Part shown: positions 23,327 to 38,300 of the stretch, piece by piece | Layout: every line of letters starts with the position of its first letter | How positions within the stretch are numbered: the first letter of the stretch is position 1 | From: Trypethelium eluteriae | Lineage: Eukaryota | DNA: 57,421 nt | Direction: 5' to 3' | Assembly: GCA_051942245.1 (NCBI GenBank) | Contig: JAVECL010000086.1 | Coordinates: forward strand, 1 to 57,421 | The notes under the pieces: model-generated | The model's input: the letters and a program-made list of their open reading frames with translations, nothing else | Databases searched by the model: none | Told to the model about the DNA's origin: nothing | Program-made: the position numbers and the translations under genes

Positions 23327-26300
23327 ATGTGGAAATCCATCTCGGGGAAGAGCTCTGAAAGCTCCTCCTCTTCGTCGCATGCACGGCGAAAGACTACAGA
23401 ACCTACTCCTTCCACTACGAGACGGCGTTCTGAGTCTTTGGTATCATCCAGCTCATCTAGGAAGCCGGATCGCAAACACAACGAACGCGACCGCAACCGT
23501 GCCACCTCCTCTCAACACCCACCGTCAAATCGAGATCGAGACTCCAAAGAACTTTTCGATCGATCCATTTCAGGCTCTTTTGATATGACGACGGACGCAC
23601 GGCGTGATCAGCGCGTCACCGGCCAGGAGATAACACGCTACAATACTTTTCCCACCACATCTGCAAAGTCTAAGCAGGAAGCGGAGGAGGGGTGGCTGGA
23701 CGGTGGCGGTGCGGTCAGCGATACCGCGGGACGGGGCAAGCATAGGAAGCGATCCTCAAGTAGAGAAAGGAAACACGAGCGACGAGCGAGATCCCTAAGT
23801 CGCGAAAAAGACGAGAAGAAGAAGACGAAAAAGTCATCAAGTAGTAGCAAATCTGACGTTGGAGTCATTGGCAAAAGCTCTGAGCGGAGCCGAGGCGAAA
23901 GCTTTTCGAAGCGCAATAGTGATGGCGATAAGAGGGGCAAAACGGTCGCGCGTGTTAACAGCCAGGGGCAGAAGGAATACGTGCGGTATAATGAGGACTT
24001 ATCTACTAAGAGCATTAGCAGAGATCCTGAGTCGCAGCCATTGGGAATGGATGCACACGTCTCCAGCCAGTTTCCTGGACAAGATCCTGCGCTGTTCTCT
24101 GCACCGTATCGGCCCGCACTCAGTCCTTCTGGAGGCTTCGGATTAGCATCGGATTACTATGGTGATCAAGGACAATCTGTTGCTCATCAACCTGGCGTAC
24201 GAACTGAAGCGCCAAAAATCTCTCAGAACCCACCCCATCTTCAAAGTGCTTCTGCGGTTCCGGCACCACCACAGGAAACCGGCCATGGGTTGGCGGATGA
24301 ATACTATATGTCTGGTGCGCTGGGTGACGCTCAACCTCACAGCGCCAACACGACATCTTCGAACCCATCAAAACCTCCACGGCCGAATAGACCATCCGAA
24401 CCACCCGCTACTTCTGGGAAACCTCCCACATACAACAATTCAACAAACACGGCACAAGGCCTTGGAGCAGTAGCGGCTGGAGCTGCAGTTGGGTATGCCA
24501 TGAGCAACGGCGCAACCCATAGCAGTAGCCAAGCCAATGGAACTTATAGCACGGAATCACATTATAGTGCCGGAACACAGATGCCCTACCAAGCCACGGC
24601 AACCTATGCAGCAGGAGGTCAGCACTCTCAATTCGATCATCCAGCCTCCGCACCTGCAGTACCGACACTTGGATCCACTTACGCAGCCACGTCATCCGCC
24701 AAGCCTAGCATAAAACCCGGTAAGTCCTCCCACCAAAATTCTAACGTTCCTCTCTATGCAGCAGCAGCAGCAGGCTTGGCGGGTGCGGCTGCATACCAAC
24801 ATCGTCACAATCATTCACATCATGATCAGCACAACTCCACGAGTTACGGGGGATCTACTTATGGGCGAATGCCCGCAAGCCATGGATCGTCGCAATCCCT
24901 ACACGCTCACGGGGGCTTGGGAATGAGGCATAGGCATCAAGGCCCTGTCAGCAAACTGGTCGACTGGTGGAAAGACCACGAAGATGTGCAGAAGATGGAA
25001 GAGTATACCGAGTATATCGGTGTTTGTCGCTATTGTTTCGATCCTCGCTCCAATCCGATTGATGCTCCGCGGAAGCACCATTACAGTAGACGACGGTCAA
25101 ATGAGTCTTTCCGCGGATCTCGAGAAAATCTTGCGCGTCGGTCTACGGAGAACCTCTCACAGGGCGGAAGAGTCAATAAGACCTCTCGATATGACAGGTA
25201 TGACTATTCATCTGATGAAGGGAGACGTAGGCGCAGTCAGAGCGGCAAATGGGCTGCGGCAGGCCTTGGTGCGTATGGCCTTGGCAAGATTGGAAAAGGT
25301 CTCTTTGGCTCAGGACGTGATTTTGATGACACGTATTCCCTTCGCTCTGGTCGCTTCAATGAGTCTTCGACTTCGCTTCACCGTGGCCACAATCATGGTC
25401 ATGACCATGGGAGGTCTGACACCCATGGAAGCGTCATTGGACGAAGTGATTATGGAGTTACGAGGTCTGAGCATTCACATCACTCAAACGGACATGTGGC
25501 TCATCGTCCTGGTAATGGTCATGTCGAGAAACAATTCATCAGGCATCATGGTCAGTCCCGCTCCCGGTCCCATTCCCGAGACCGCACGTCGACTCTTGTA
25601 GGAGCGGGTTTGGGTGCTGCTGCTGGGGCTTCCATGCTCAGCTCTTCTCATCGTCATCGTTCGAAGTCTCCACGCAAGGAAATCCGGATTGAAAAGCGCA
25701 GATCGAGGGACAGCAGCCCCCAGTATTCAGCCTTTGGCGGTGTCTCGAGGAGGACTAGCAGCCCTGAGCATCAATTCGTTCGGCGTCATGAACGCGAAAA
25801 GAGTCCTTCAATGTTTGGCAGCTTCTTCGGGCGATCTTCACCTTCGCCGAAGCGTAAAGGTCCTCGACGCAATCGTGAGAAGAAGAAGGGCTTTTTCACT
25901 TTCAGTAATTCTTCCTCCTCTTCTGCTGGGTCTGATCTTGTCTACGGCTCGAAACTTGACCTTTCTGTGGGTTCGGGATCGCATCGACGCCGAAACAGTC
26001 CAAAGAGGAAAGCTTCCGTGAGAGACTTGCGTAAAGGCAATCATGAAGATATCAACAAGACGCTCTTAGGAATTGGTGCCACTGCCGCAGCTCTGGGCGC
26101 ATTGAATGCCCGTGACAAAAGGAAGGGTAAGATCCACGATATCTATAACCGACCGGATGGTAGGACAAAGATCGGCAAACCATCCTCGCAACGTAAGACG
26201 GGCACAGTGCACGCCGAGTACTCTGATAGCGTGGACTCTGACGCGGCTTGGCAATCTGCCTCTGAAGACGAAGACTCTGAAATCGGTGCTAGTATGGCTT

Positions 26301-29300
26301 TTGGAGGTTCTGATGTTGAGTCGCGTGTTGTCAAGTCCCGTAAATCTACCGACAGCCTTGTTTCTAATGATTCTGGCCTCAATATCCTTGGCTGGCGCTT
26401 TGGCGGATCAGGCAAGAAAAAGCGACGCTCGAACTCAGACCTTCAACGCCGTTACGCATCCGAGCCCTATGCAACTTCGAGCATGGTTGGTAGTGGTGTT
26501 CCACCATCCACCTACTATCCGGCTCAAAGCGAAGTTGGCTCCGTTATGAGTAGTACCTCTAATCTCCCTACCATGCAACACATCCCTCCAGAACCCATGC
26601 CTGCCTTCGACTCACCCACTCTGAGCGTCCCGGACTTCAACTCTCCACTCCACCACCGCCATTCCTCCATCCCGCTTTCCCCTCGCCATCAACCACAAGA
26701 CCCCATGATCGTCACCCGCCCCGATCCCGTACCTCTCCAGCAACCCCAACCAATCAAACCTGTCTCTCCTCCCAAGTACACCGTCCCCACCGGCGCTCCT
26801 GTCTTCGCCAACGAGACCAGCAGTGATGTCGGCCGACGAAGCAGTCGGCGACGTGCCTCGCGCGAAGGAGCACCTCCCACAACCACCAGCACCGACGCTT
26901 TCGCGCGGGATGCCGCCCTCGCCGGCATCGCCGGCATAGGGCTCGCGAGCGCGATGAGCAAGAAAGACGGCAAGCGCAAAGACCGCGACGGCACCACCGG
27001 AAGCGGCTACAACAGCCCTTCAGCTTCCCAAGTCCGCTTCGACGAGAGCCGCGAGCACCCCGAACGCGGCGGCGACCGCGACGCTATCCGTCGCGAGCGC
27101 GAGCGCCGGGAGCAGGACGAGCGTGCGGCGCGGGAGGAGGAGGTGCGCCGGATTGAGGAGGAGAGGAGGGAGCGGGAGCGCGCGAGGGGGGCGGCGACGA
27201 GGAAGAGGGATGAGGAGTTGGAGCGGAAGGCGAGGGAGCGCCGGGACGCGGATTTGGCGAGGAGTGCGGAGATTCGCGATCGTGAGTGCAGGGAGCAGGA
27301 GGAGGCGGAGAGGGCGAGGGAGTTTAGGAGGGAGGCGGAGAGGCAGGCGGAGGCGAATCGGGTGAGGGAAGTGGAGCGGGAGAAGGAGAGGGAGCGGGAG
27401 CGAGAGTGCGAACGGGAACGGGAACGGGAACGTGAGCGTGAGCGTGAGAAAGAACGAGAAGGGGAGCAGAGAGAACGCGAGCGCGAACGTGAACGTGAAC
27501 GCGAAAACAGCAAGTGGAAAGATGCTGCTATGGCAGGTGCAGCCGGCGCTACTGTCGGCGCTGTCATGGCTGGTATGGCGCATTCTAGCTCAAACAAAGA
27601 TCGCGATGCTCGCCGAGATTCACGAGATCGTGACAGTAAGCGTGGAGGCAAGAGCAAGAAAGAAAAGCGTCGGGAGGAGAGCGGTGAACCTGCTCCTGTT
27701 GCTGTTCAAGAAATCGTGCCCACCGAAGAAGTCATCTCGCCTGAAGGCTTCGCTAGTCCTGTTCTTGACGACGAGCTTATGGATCGAGACTACTTCAATA
27801 AGGGTCATTCTCCCGAATCTATCGATGCTACGTTGGCCGAAGCTCATCAAGGAGAATACTATGATCCGACCGAAGAACACGAAGACTTCATCCACGACTT
27901 TGAGACCCGGTATGACAAGGATATTTCGAAACCATCCATGGCCGAGTTCTTCTCTCCTCCTGAGCTGCGCGAACCAGCCACTGGGAAGACCGCCGTTGCC
28001 CCTCCCGAGTTCCCTGAAGAGGAGGCCTCTGACCCCCCTGCAGCAGGTCATGGCCCGCCCTATGACCAGCCCTATGCTTTCACTGCCACTCATGGCCCAG
28101 GTAGCGGCGCGGCGGCATGGGCGCATCATCAGATCCCTAGTCTAAGGATTATCTCTGCAACTCCTCCGTCGAGCGTCAGAGGTGAGCGCTCACGTGACGT
28201 ATCGCCGATCATTGGGGCAGGAGAAAAGGAGAGAGACCAGCAGGATCGAGACAAAGAAAAGGTGGAAGAGAGAGTGTCAACTCCTGCGCAGTCGGAAGTC
28301 AGCTCGAAAGCTGGATCAGCGGTTCGCTCTGTGAGCTGGGGCGAGGACCAGACACATATCTACAACGTGGTCACGCCGCAGGCGAGCTACGAGAGCTTGG
28401 CTGAAAGGGATCGAGAACATATCGCGTCTGCAAAGGAGCAGCAGGAGAGGAAATTTCCCATCCCGGAGGGGCTAAAGCAGTACGTGGATGACCGGGATAC
28501 GAGAGGTGGTGGTGAAGATGATGAAGAGGGCGTTGAAGAGATAACGACGCCTGGTGTGGTGCTCGATGATGATCTCGATGATGATGGGAGAGCTCCCAAT
28601 GTTTTCGATTACCGCACTCCTTGGGCGGATACCGTCTCTGACTTGGGGGCTCGGGTATCTGCTGAGGATTTGGGACATCAGGATGGTGGGTTTGTCGAGG
28701 GAGAGGTATTTGATGAGACACCTAAGGAAGAGAGAATGCCTGGTGGTTTTGATGATTTTGAGGAGGCATTCGTTGCACCGGCGAAGCAACAAGAGATAGA
28801 GTCGCGGGTGGAGGAATTGCCGGACTCGCCTAGAGTGGTCGAGGAAGAGCCAGAGTACTTCATGAGTAAGAAGGATAAGAAAAAAAAGGGCAGAGCGAAG
28901 AAGGACGAAGAGATAGAGTCGCGGGTGGAGGAATTACCGGACTCCCCCAGGGTGGTCGAGGAAGAGCCAGAGTACTTCATGAGTAAGAAGGAAAGGAAGA
29001 AAAAGGGCAGGGCGAAGAAGGACGAAGAGATTGAAGAGGCTGCGAAAATTGCGGCAACGGCCGCTGCAGTGCCCCTGGCTGCAAAAGTTGCCTCTGAAAT
29101 TATCCAGGAGAAGGAATCTGGACCGGAAGAGGAGTTTGAAAGACCACTGTCTAAGAAAGAGAAGAAGAAGAGAGACAAGGAGAAGAAGCGCATGAGCCTA
29201 GACGACGAGTCTCCGGCACCTGGAGATGAGACTCTAGATGAATCTGCGCGAGCTGCGGCTGCGGGAGCTGCGATTCCTGCAGCCGAGCAGACTGCCTCTG

Positions 29301-32300
29301 AGATTGTCAGAGAGGCACAGCCAGAGGAAGAATTCGAGCGGCCGTTAAGCAAGAAAGAAAAGAAGAAGAAAGACAAACAGAAAAAGCGCATGAGCCTAGA
29401 CGAGGAATCTGCAAGTCCAGCAGAGGAATCTCGCAGCCAGTTCATTGCAGATGTGACGGCTGAGCCAGAGCAATACGAAGAGACTCAACTAGGCTCAGAC
29501 GGGCAAGTACGGCAAAGCCCAGTTGTCTCGATTCCCAGTAACGCGTTCGACGATTTGGATGAGCTTGTGGGCGCAAAGACTCCGAAATCGAAGTCTAAAC
29601 GGAAATCTGGACGTTATAGCTCTCCGAGTGCAGGATCTCCGTTGAGGTCTGAAGTGTCGTACGTTGGTGAGCTAAATCCATATGAGCAGAAATTGGAGGA
29701 GAAGCAAATAGAGGCCGAAGATGATCTTACTTCTTCGAGAGAACTCTCCAGGACGACCAGTCGATCTTCTAAGGATGGAGAGAAAGACCGAGAATCCAGG
29801 AAGATGGAGAAGTCGCCAAGGGAGGGTGACTATCGAGATGACGATGTTCGATCTCGTGTTTCTGATCCATCTGATGATCGTGGCGAGCGGAAGAAACACC
29901 GCAAACATAGCAGTCGATACGACTCTCCCGATGCAGATTCGCGTTCTGTAGCAGGTTCGGAAGCTGCTTCTGAGCCAGCATACTTCTATGAAACATCTTC
30001 GAAGAAGAGCAAGCACAGGTCTCGACGAGACGATGACGATGACGATACAAGATCTGTAGTATCAACCCCAGCCAGATTGGATGATAGGGACTCCAAGTCA
30101 TCAAGCAAAGAGAAGAAAGGTGGGTTGTTTGGCCTCTTCAAGACCAAGTCGGATGAGAAGGTCGAAACAAAGCGGTCGTCTAAAGATTCACCGACGAGGT
30201 CGAAGTTTGACAATGAGGACGACTGGGACGATACCGAGAAAAAGAAGAAAAAGAAAAAGAAACATCGCAGTTCGGATGGAGACGATCTCGAAAGTGCCAC
30301 TGGCAGATCTGAAGCATCTGAATCCCGAAGATCGTCAAAATACGATGACGACTTTGACGATGCACGGTCGACGACGTCAAGCAGCAGCAAGAGGGAACGT
30401 AAGCGGCGAAGCACAGGTGATGACTACGATGATAAAGGTAAGAAGTTTTATATTCTAGACCCAGAAGCCGAGACAGTACTTCGGTCACCTCGTCGTGAGG
30501 CAGAAAGAAATCAAAGCAACCTTCGTCCCTATCAAGAAAATGAAAATAATAACAATCAACACTTACGAGATGATCGAGTACTGAGCGGCATTAAGGGTCT
30601 AGGAAAAGCACACACGGAAAGTACTAAGCAGACTTCTGTAGATTCCCACACGAAAAGGGACGAGTACGATGACAGAAACAGCACTCAGAACGAGTCTTTT
30701 TTAGGCGATCGGGGAGAGGAACTAACGGGTCTTCCTCCCCTCCCCGTTAGCTTCTCTAAGGAAGAAGCTGCCTTCACCGAAGATCCGTCCCTCGATGATT
30801 TGCCCCCACTACCACAATCAAGACCTACCTCACCAGATAATGATACCCCCTTACGACCTCCAATGCAGCCACGATTCTCGTCCAATACTGCAGTTCCATT
30901 GCGCTTCAGACGTCCACCAGGCTCGCCGTCTACTGCCGGGGATGGTATGCTGAGCTCACCAGCCGGAGTGTCGCCGACCAGCCCAGAGATACACCAGCGC
31001 CGCGCTTCCAGACCCCATTCAGGTGACTTTTCACAATATAGAAACGAGTTTCGCCCGTTGTACCTACTAGAGCGAAATCGAAAGACTCCGGAGCCAGAGC
31101 AATTAGAGCAATTGCCGAGTCTACCAAGCAGTCGAACCAGCTCGCGGACGTCGTCGGTACATGACTCAGAGGAATATCAAAGCGCGCAGGAAAGTCCTGT
31201 GGAGACCCGATATGACGATGCCTTGCATATTCAGGGCGAGCACGGAATCGATGCGCAGTTGCAGCGGATGGCAATTGAGCAGCACATGCATCCGCCTGAG
31301 CATCATGACAATGACATTCTCGACTCGCAGCAGACGACTCCCACCGGCCCAAGCTTCCCAGCCGATGCGAGTGCACCAAGACAGGACATTTTTGATGACG
31401 AGGCCGCCTGGTTGGAGAATACAAGACGGATGCAAGAGGAGGCTGAGCAGGCCAGAGCCGAACATCGTGGACATCGAGATGCAGCAGCACTGGCATTAGT
31501 TGGTGGTGCAGCGGCTGCGATGTCCCATCAGATGATTACGGCAGCCGCAGAGCATTCTGCTCTCGAGAGTCCGAATCGTGAGACGCATCAACGCCATCTG
31601 CCTGTCCAAGAAATAAGGCCAGAAATGCGGGAAGACGACCCGTTCACCTGGGAAGAGATCCAAACAAACGATGTTCCGGATGTTGATCAAGACCAGGATG
31701 CAATCGTGCATAGTTTGGCGTCTCCTGGCGGGTCAAATCATGCGGTAGAGCCGAGAGCTACTGTGCATGAGAGTAGCCTCGTCGATCGACCGATTTCGGA
31801 CGGCCAGGCTTCAGTACAACCGCAATCAACTCACCAGGCCCCCGAAAATTTTGAGACTGTTAGCCAGCCGTCTATAGAAACCGGTGTAGTGGACTCTGGG
31901 CAGGTGAAAAGTCCACAGAGTGAAGAAACGGGCAAGAAAAAGAAAAAGCAGATACTCGTTCTATCCACTGACGACGAGTCTATTGAGAAGCCAATCCCAA
32001 GCATCGAACTTGAGCCTGCCACTGCAGTTTCTGCTGATGCAGCTGTTGAACATATTCCCGATATTGAGACCCCACCTGCTCCAGTCATATCCGAACTTGA
32101 GCATAGCGTGAAAGATACATCTCGGGAAGTTCCCATCGATGAACTCAACTCGACGTCCTACGCACCTCCATCCTCAAGACCAGCCGCCATCGAGCCCGCC
32201 AAGGTTACGTCTCCTGACAGAGATCCGGCTCCGTTACCGACTAGCGAAACTTCCGAACCTTCTGCTGGTGCCCCCGTAGATATTCCCCCCGAACCCCACA

Positions 32301-35300
32301 CTCCCGTGACTCCGCAGAACCCTGCGACCGCTGGTAAGGACGGCATTGATCCCACCTTCGAAGAAATGCAGTCTCTTACTCGCACTCGGAGTCGAAAGTC
32401 GGTCTCTTGGCCTGATGAGCAAGCACCTGCAACTCCAGACCGGCCGACTTTGACACGAGAGGAGAGTGGGCTTGTGAAGTGGTTCGATGCGCCGAAGCAT
32501 GATCATGATGCTCAAGAAGAAGGCAAGGATATCAAAAAGGGAAAGAAGGGCAAGAAAGGGAAGAAGGCACCAAAGACAAGCGGAGACGGTGATGAAGAAC
32601 AACAACAGGCTGAACAGGAAAGCATGGCGAAAGCCGAAGAGGTGACACCGGAAGGTGTACCTTTACCACCAGGGGATGACGACGATCTGATTGAGCCTGC
32701 AACAAGGCTCGCTCTTGCAAGGGGGGTTCTAGATGAACAGCTTCCTGAGCAGAAGGAGTCGAACGATGTTGTCGCAAAAGAGGAAGGTGCTCCATCTTTT
32801 GGAGATCCATTTGCTCATCGCGACGCTCCACATCAGGAGGCGGAGGCATCTAACACGAGCGAAGACCAGAATATAGCACCTGAAACTGATGATTCGCAGT
32901 CGGGTGCATTGTTCGAATGGGCAATGCCGGGCAAGAAGAAAAAGAAGGGCAAAAAGAATAACAAGGATGTCAGTGAAGGGCTTGCCTTGGGCGCTGCAGG
33001 TGCTGCTGCCGGAGCGGCGATTGGTTCGTTAGTATCCAGGACTGAGGAACCCCAATCGGCACCACAATCTATCCTCGAACGCGAAGCCGACCCAGCCTCC
33101 ATAGTGACAGCCCAAGAAACTGCTCAAGATACCCCTGTCATGGAATCAACTGCTGAACCGTCTATGCAGCTACAGCCTAGCGATGAGCGGATTGTGTCTT
33201 CGACTCCAAAGAAAGGCAAAAAAGGCAGAAAGGGAACGAAAGGATCTATCTCTGTCTCTGATGAATCCGAGATCCCTCAAACACCTGCGATCGAGCCTGC
33301 TTCAGCCGAGACACCAGTTGTGGCGCCAGAGTCTGCGAGAAGCGTCGAAGCCGCAGACAGCACCTCTGGTGAAGTCATCCCTGAAAAACCAGCGCCCGAG
33401 CCGGCTGTCCCAGATCAGCAAATACAAATTTCTACGGAGCAGGAGGATGAATGGGGGTTCGCTCCGACAAAGAAGGGGAAGAAGGGCAAGAAAGGAAAGA
33501 AGATGTCTATTTCTTCCCCAACCTTGGCTGAGCCGTCACCCACAGACACCACTACCACTGATACTGTTACTCAAGATCCTGTCAGCGAGCCAGGAACCGC
33601 AACCCCTCTTGAGCAAGCTGATGAAGGACTTACACCCACTGAGCCTATTGGTGAAACATCGGCGGTCGGGCAGACCGCACTCACAGATACGCCGCCTGAC
33701 GATGAATGGAGCTTTGGTACTACCAAGAAAGGGAAGAAGGGGAAAAAGGGAAAGAAGGCGTCCGTTCCATCGCCTTCAACTGAATCCGTGGGAGTCGAAA
33801 CTGCGGCTATCAATCCAGAAGAAAACACGAGAGACATCAATCCTCAAGTTCAGTCTATAGAAGAGTCTCGGACCGGCAAAGCCACATCTGAAGTTGTCAA
33901 AACTCAGCCGACTCAAGCAGAAACCGAAGACGAGTGGAGCTCGATTCCGGCCAAGAAGGGCAAGAAGGGAAAGAAGGGAAAGAGAAATTCTACAACCAGC
34001 ACACCGCCGCCAGAACCAGAAGAAAAGGTGTTCGCAGAACCATCTCGGGAGACAGAATCCCCTCTTCAACCCGCTCAAGGAACAAGATCTGACCAGCCGG
34101 TCCTCGAGCCTGCGCCGTCTGCTGTTCCCGATGAGCTTGAGAGAGATAGTATCGAGATCGTGGACTCGCAACAGCCGAGCGTATCCTCTACGCAGGAAAC
34201 GTCCATCGACCAAACTCGCGTTGAATCGGAGGAAGCTCCAGTTACCCTGCATGATGGATCAAACCAAGCCGAGAGTGTGCAAACTACGGATCAAACTCAT
34301 GATCTCGAGGCAGCTAAAGCCGTGCCGAAAATGGACGAGAAAGTTGCCTCTGAGGATGTTTTATCCGATTCTATGGGCACTTCTACTGAGGTTGAAGTAA
34401 GCGAGTCTTTCTCTGAGCCTTTGTCCGAGAAGGGGGAAAAGAGGCCCGAAAGTTATTCTGAAACACCCCTGCCGCCTGAGGGACCCGAGCCTTTTGACAC
34501 TCATACAAATGAACCATCAATTGCAGCTAGGAAAGAGGATTCTACATCTGCTGATGAGCAAACGGATGAGGCTCAAGTCAGCCTAATACCAGTAACCTCG
34601 GAAAAAATGGACGATTCAGCCAATGAGCAGAAGACATTGGATGCACCTAAAGAAGCCGATACAGATAGTTTCTCTTTTACGCCTGCCAAAAAGGGCAAGA
34701 AGGGAAAGAAAGAGAGGAAGACATCTGAGCCATCAACGCCTACCGATAAACCTGAGCCTCGGACAATTCAGCCAGAAACTGAACCGGAGAATTTGCCTGC
34801 GGAACCTCTTGTAGTTGAAGAGACATTCAACGCCCAAGAACCTGTTCAAGAGCCTGTTGAAACGTTCGCTACGTCTGAAGCTCCTTTGCCGACCGCAGAA
34901 CCTCAAGTCAACTCCAGCAAAGATGTCCATCCCGATGAATTCTCCTTTGCTCCCCTGAAGAAGACCAAGAAAGGCAAGAAAGGCAGAAAATCATCCGAAC
35001 CAAGCACTCCAGGTAACGAGTCTGAAGTCATGGAAACCACACTTGATGAGGGAGACGCGCTCGCTCCAGAATTAAAGGAGTTTGCCACTGAGAACAATGG
35101 CTGGTCGGAAGCTATCGCTGACACTGCTACCCTATCAACAGCAGGAGCCGGAGAAGTCGCTCCAGGTGCTAAGGAAACTGAGGCCGAGGATGAGTGGAGC
35201 GCTTCATTCTCCACCAAGAAGTCCAAGAAGGGCAAGAAAGGCAAACGTGCTTCACTTGCTTCTACACCTCCGCCAGAGCCTGATAATGGACCACGAGACA

Positions 35301-38300
35301 CTTTCAAAGCTGAAGACGAGACAGACGCACCCGCCGAGGCGCTTCAGGATAGATCCCAAGCCAAGATCGAAGCGAGAGAGCCCGAAGCTACCGTTGAGGC
35401 TCCAGAACAATTTACTGAGGAACCCGCACAGACGCCAAAAGAAGCAGAACCTGAAGAAGACTGGTCTTCGTTCTCGACGAAGAAAGGCAAGAAGGGTAAA
35501 AAGGGCAAGAAGTCTTTACCATCTACTCCGTCGACCGGGTCGGCTGAGCAGCAGACTGCGTCCAGCTTCAGTGACGAAAAAAATTACCCAGCTCAAGACT
35601 TAATCGAGCCAGTGGGAGATCCAGAGCCGCGCTCTAATGCCAATGGCCAGAGTCAGACGAGAGAGGCTGAGCAAGATGATTTCCCTGAATTTGCAACAGC
35701 GAAGAAGGGCAAGAAAGGTAAAAATGGTAAACGAGCTTCTGGGTCACAAACTTCAGCGGTTGAGGCAGAGTCTACTTTCCAGGGGGAAAACATCTCTGCA
35801 GAACCAACTGAAGCCACGCATTCCCAACAATATGAATTGGGAGAGGCGACTTTGCCCCCGGCCGAGCCCTTTACTACTCTTGAGGAAGCCAGAGATCTAG
35901 AACGAGCGCCAGAAGAGACCGGCGCAGATGACTTTGCTTTCACTGTGCCCATGAAAGGAAAGAAAGCAAAGAAGTCTAAGAAGGACTCTCTTCCATCGGC
36001 GCCAGTCGAGCCTGAACTAGAGCCAGTTTCACATCGTGAAGAGAGCTCAAGCCTTCCTATAGAAGATACGAGGGAACAAGAGTTTATTCCATACGAGACC
36101 ACGACCGAGCCAGCCTCCATGATATGGAATGACGTTTGGGACGATACGGAACTTCTCTCTCAAGAACGACCCGATGCACCGCAAATCGTTGAAGAAAAGG
36201 TCGGGGGAGCTGACCCAAATCCCGGCAAGAAAGGAAAAAAGGGTAAGGGTTCGTCACAGATTTCAACTCTTACTGAAGAGGAGGGGCCAGCTCCCAGACA
36301 GTTTGAGCTCAACGGAGGACCAGCTACTGGTATGGAACCAGACACTCAATCCGAACAGCAAATGGAAAGCGTGTCTGATTTTGGTTGGGACACCAAGAGC
36401 AGGAAGGAAAAGAAGAAGAATAAGAAGAAAGGGAAGACTACCTCTTTCAATGAGCCGGAAGAGAATGTAGAAATTTCTGCACCGGCTTCCAGCTATGATA
36501 GACCTGTCGAACCGAATGCACATGATGAACGGGATTTTGAGCAGCCAACTGAGCAAACGGTTGAACAGCCTCTTGATCAGTCCATTGCGCAGCCAAGCGA
36601 GACACCAATCGAGCAGTCTCAAGCCCCTTCCGCGGAGGGCAGATCTTCAGGTCGCAGTTGGGATGAGGTTATTCAAGAAGATACACCGGTTGACTTGGCT
36701 CAGTCAGACAACGCTCTGAATGCTGTAGGGCCTTCGAATCAACAACCAACGATTGATAGTCATGATCTTGAGACAATGCCCCAAGAACAACAATCCTTTA
36801 GCACGTCTGTTCAGGAGGAACCAACGTCACAAGCCATCAACGTGCGTGATATGCCTGCTGAGTCTAGGGGCTTTGCTCTGGACAATCTTGTCGGAGAATC
36901 GGAATCTTCGTCTTTCACAGAAACTCCGGCTAAGAAACCCAAGAAGGGCAAGAAGAAGGGCAAGATGAGTCTGTCAAAGCTGGCTATCAAATATCCTTCC
37001 GCGTCTGCCGAGGAGCTTGAGGCTATGCTACGTCAACACAACGAAGAAGAACCTTCTACGCAATCTGCTCACGAGGCACCTGTTACTGAGCCCGAGGCTT
37101 CTCGCGACGTTGTTGGACCCGCGGCATTGGAGCAAGAGACTGCAGATGTCTCTACTACAGGTCAACCCGATATAGAATCTGTCCAAACCGCCGAGGCTTC
37201 TAATGTCGATGAGTTTGCCCTTCCCTCTTCGAAGAAGTCAAAGAAACAGAAGAAAAGAGAGAAGGAAGCACGTAAAGCCTCTCTACCATTCGGAGAATCT
37301 GTGTCAGCGGAAGTATCCTCCCCTGCTGTAGACGAGCAAATGCCAAGTTTCTTCGAGTCAAGGCCTGCAGATGATGACACTTCCCACAACGCCGCGGATG
37401 AGCAGGAAGGCTCCAGAGATGCGTCTACCGCAAGGCCTTCTACAGCTGACGAGTCAAGTGGCGAGGTTGCTCGATCTCTTCAAGACCATGGTATTCAAGT
37501 CATCTCGGATGAGCATCAAAAAACGGTTAACAACGATGGTCAAGATGTTGAGCGAACTCATAGCCCTCACGACGTAGACTTCGCCGCAACGGTCGCGGCA
37601 GCTCTTCAAGATTCTGGTTTCGATCCCAACCTTGCAGTCAATGACCCTTCATTCCATCAGCGTGCATCACCTCCAAATGCAGGCCCTGAGGCCGATCCTG
37701 CAGAAGTGGCACCGCCCGCAAACAGGCGAAGAAAAGACAGACAGCGTAGCACCTCACCGCCTCAGGAAGCCTGGAATAATCTCCCAGTGTCTGCACAAGG
37801 GGGGGTTTCCCAGGCTTCTCAAGAACAAACTTTTGACGGTGCTATCGCAGCTGGACTGTCTGGTGCAGGTTTTGACGCGTCGATTACTCAAGCAGATCTA
37901 GGTGCTCCTCCAGAGCCAGAACAAGATTTCTTCCCTTTCAAGACTGGCAAGAAGAAGGGCAAGAAAGGGAAGAAGAGTGGTTCTGCAACACCTCGGGATG
38001 GCCCTGACCCTGAAGTCCCATCCGAGTCCCTAGACACAGCTGAAGATCCTTTGAAGAATCCAACTGAGGAACTGGGAGATAATCCTGTCACGGCAGCCTC
38101 ACCTGCGCCAGAGAACCTGCAGCAGGGAGAGGTAGAGGACTACTTGACCTACCAACCCAAAAAGAGCAAGAAGAGCAAGAAGAGATCGAGTACTCAAACA
38201 TCAGAAATTTCATATCTCGAAGGCCAAGTACAACAATCAGGAGAGATCACGCCTTCTAAAAACCTTGACTCCTTCACCGATCCACCAACTATAGTGTCCT

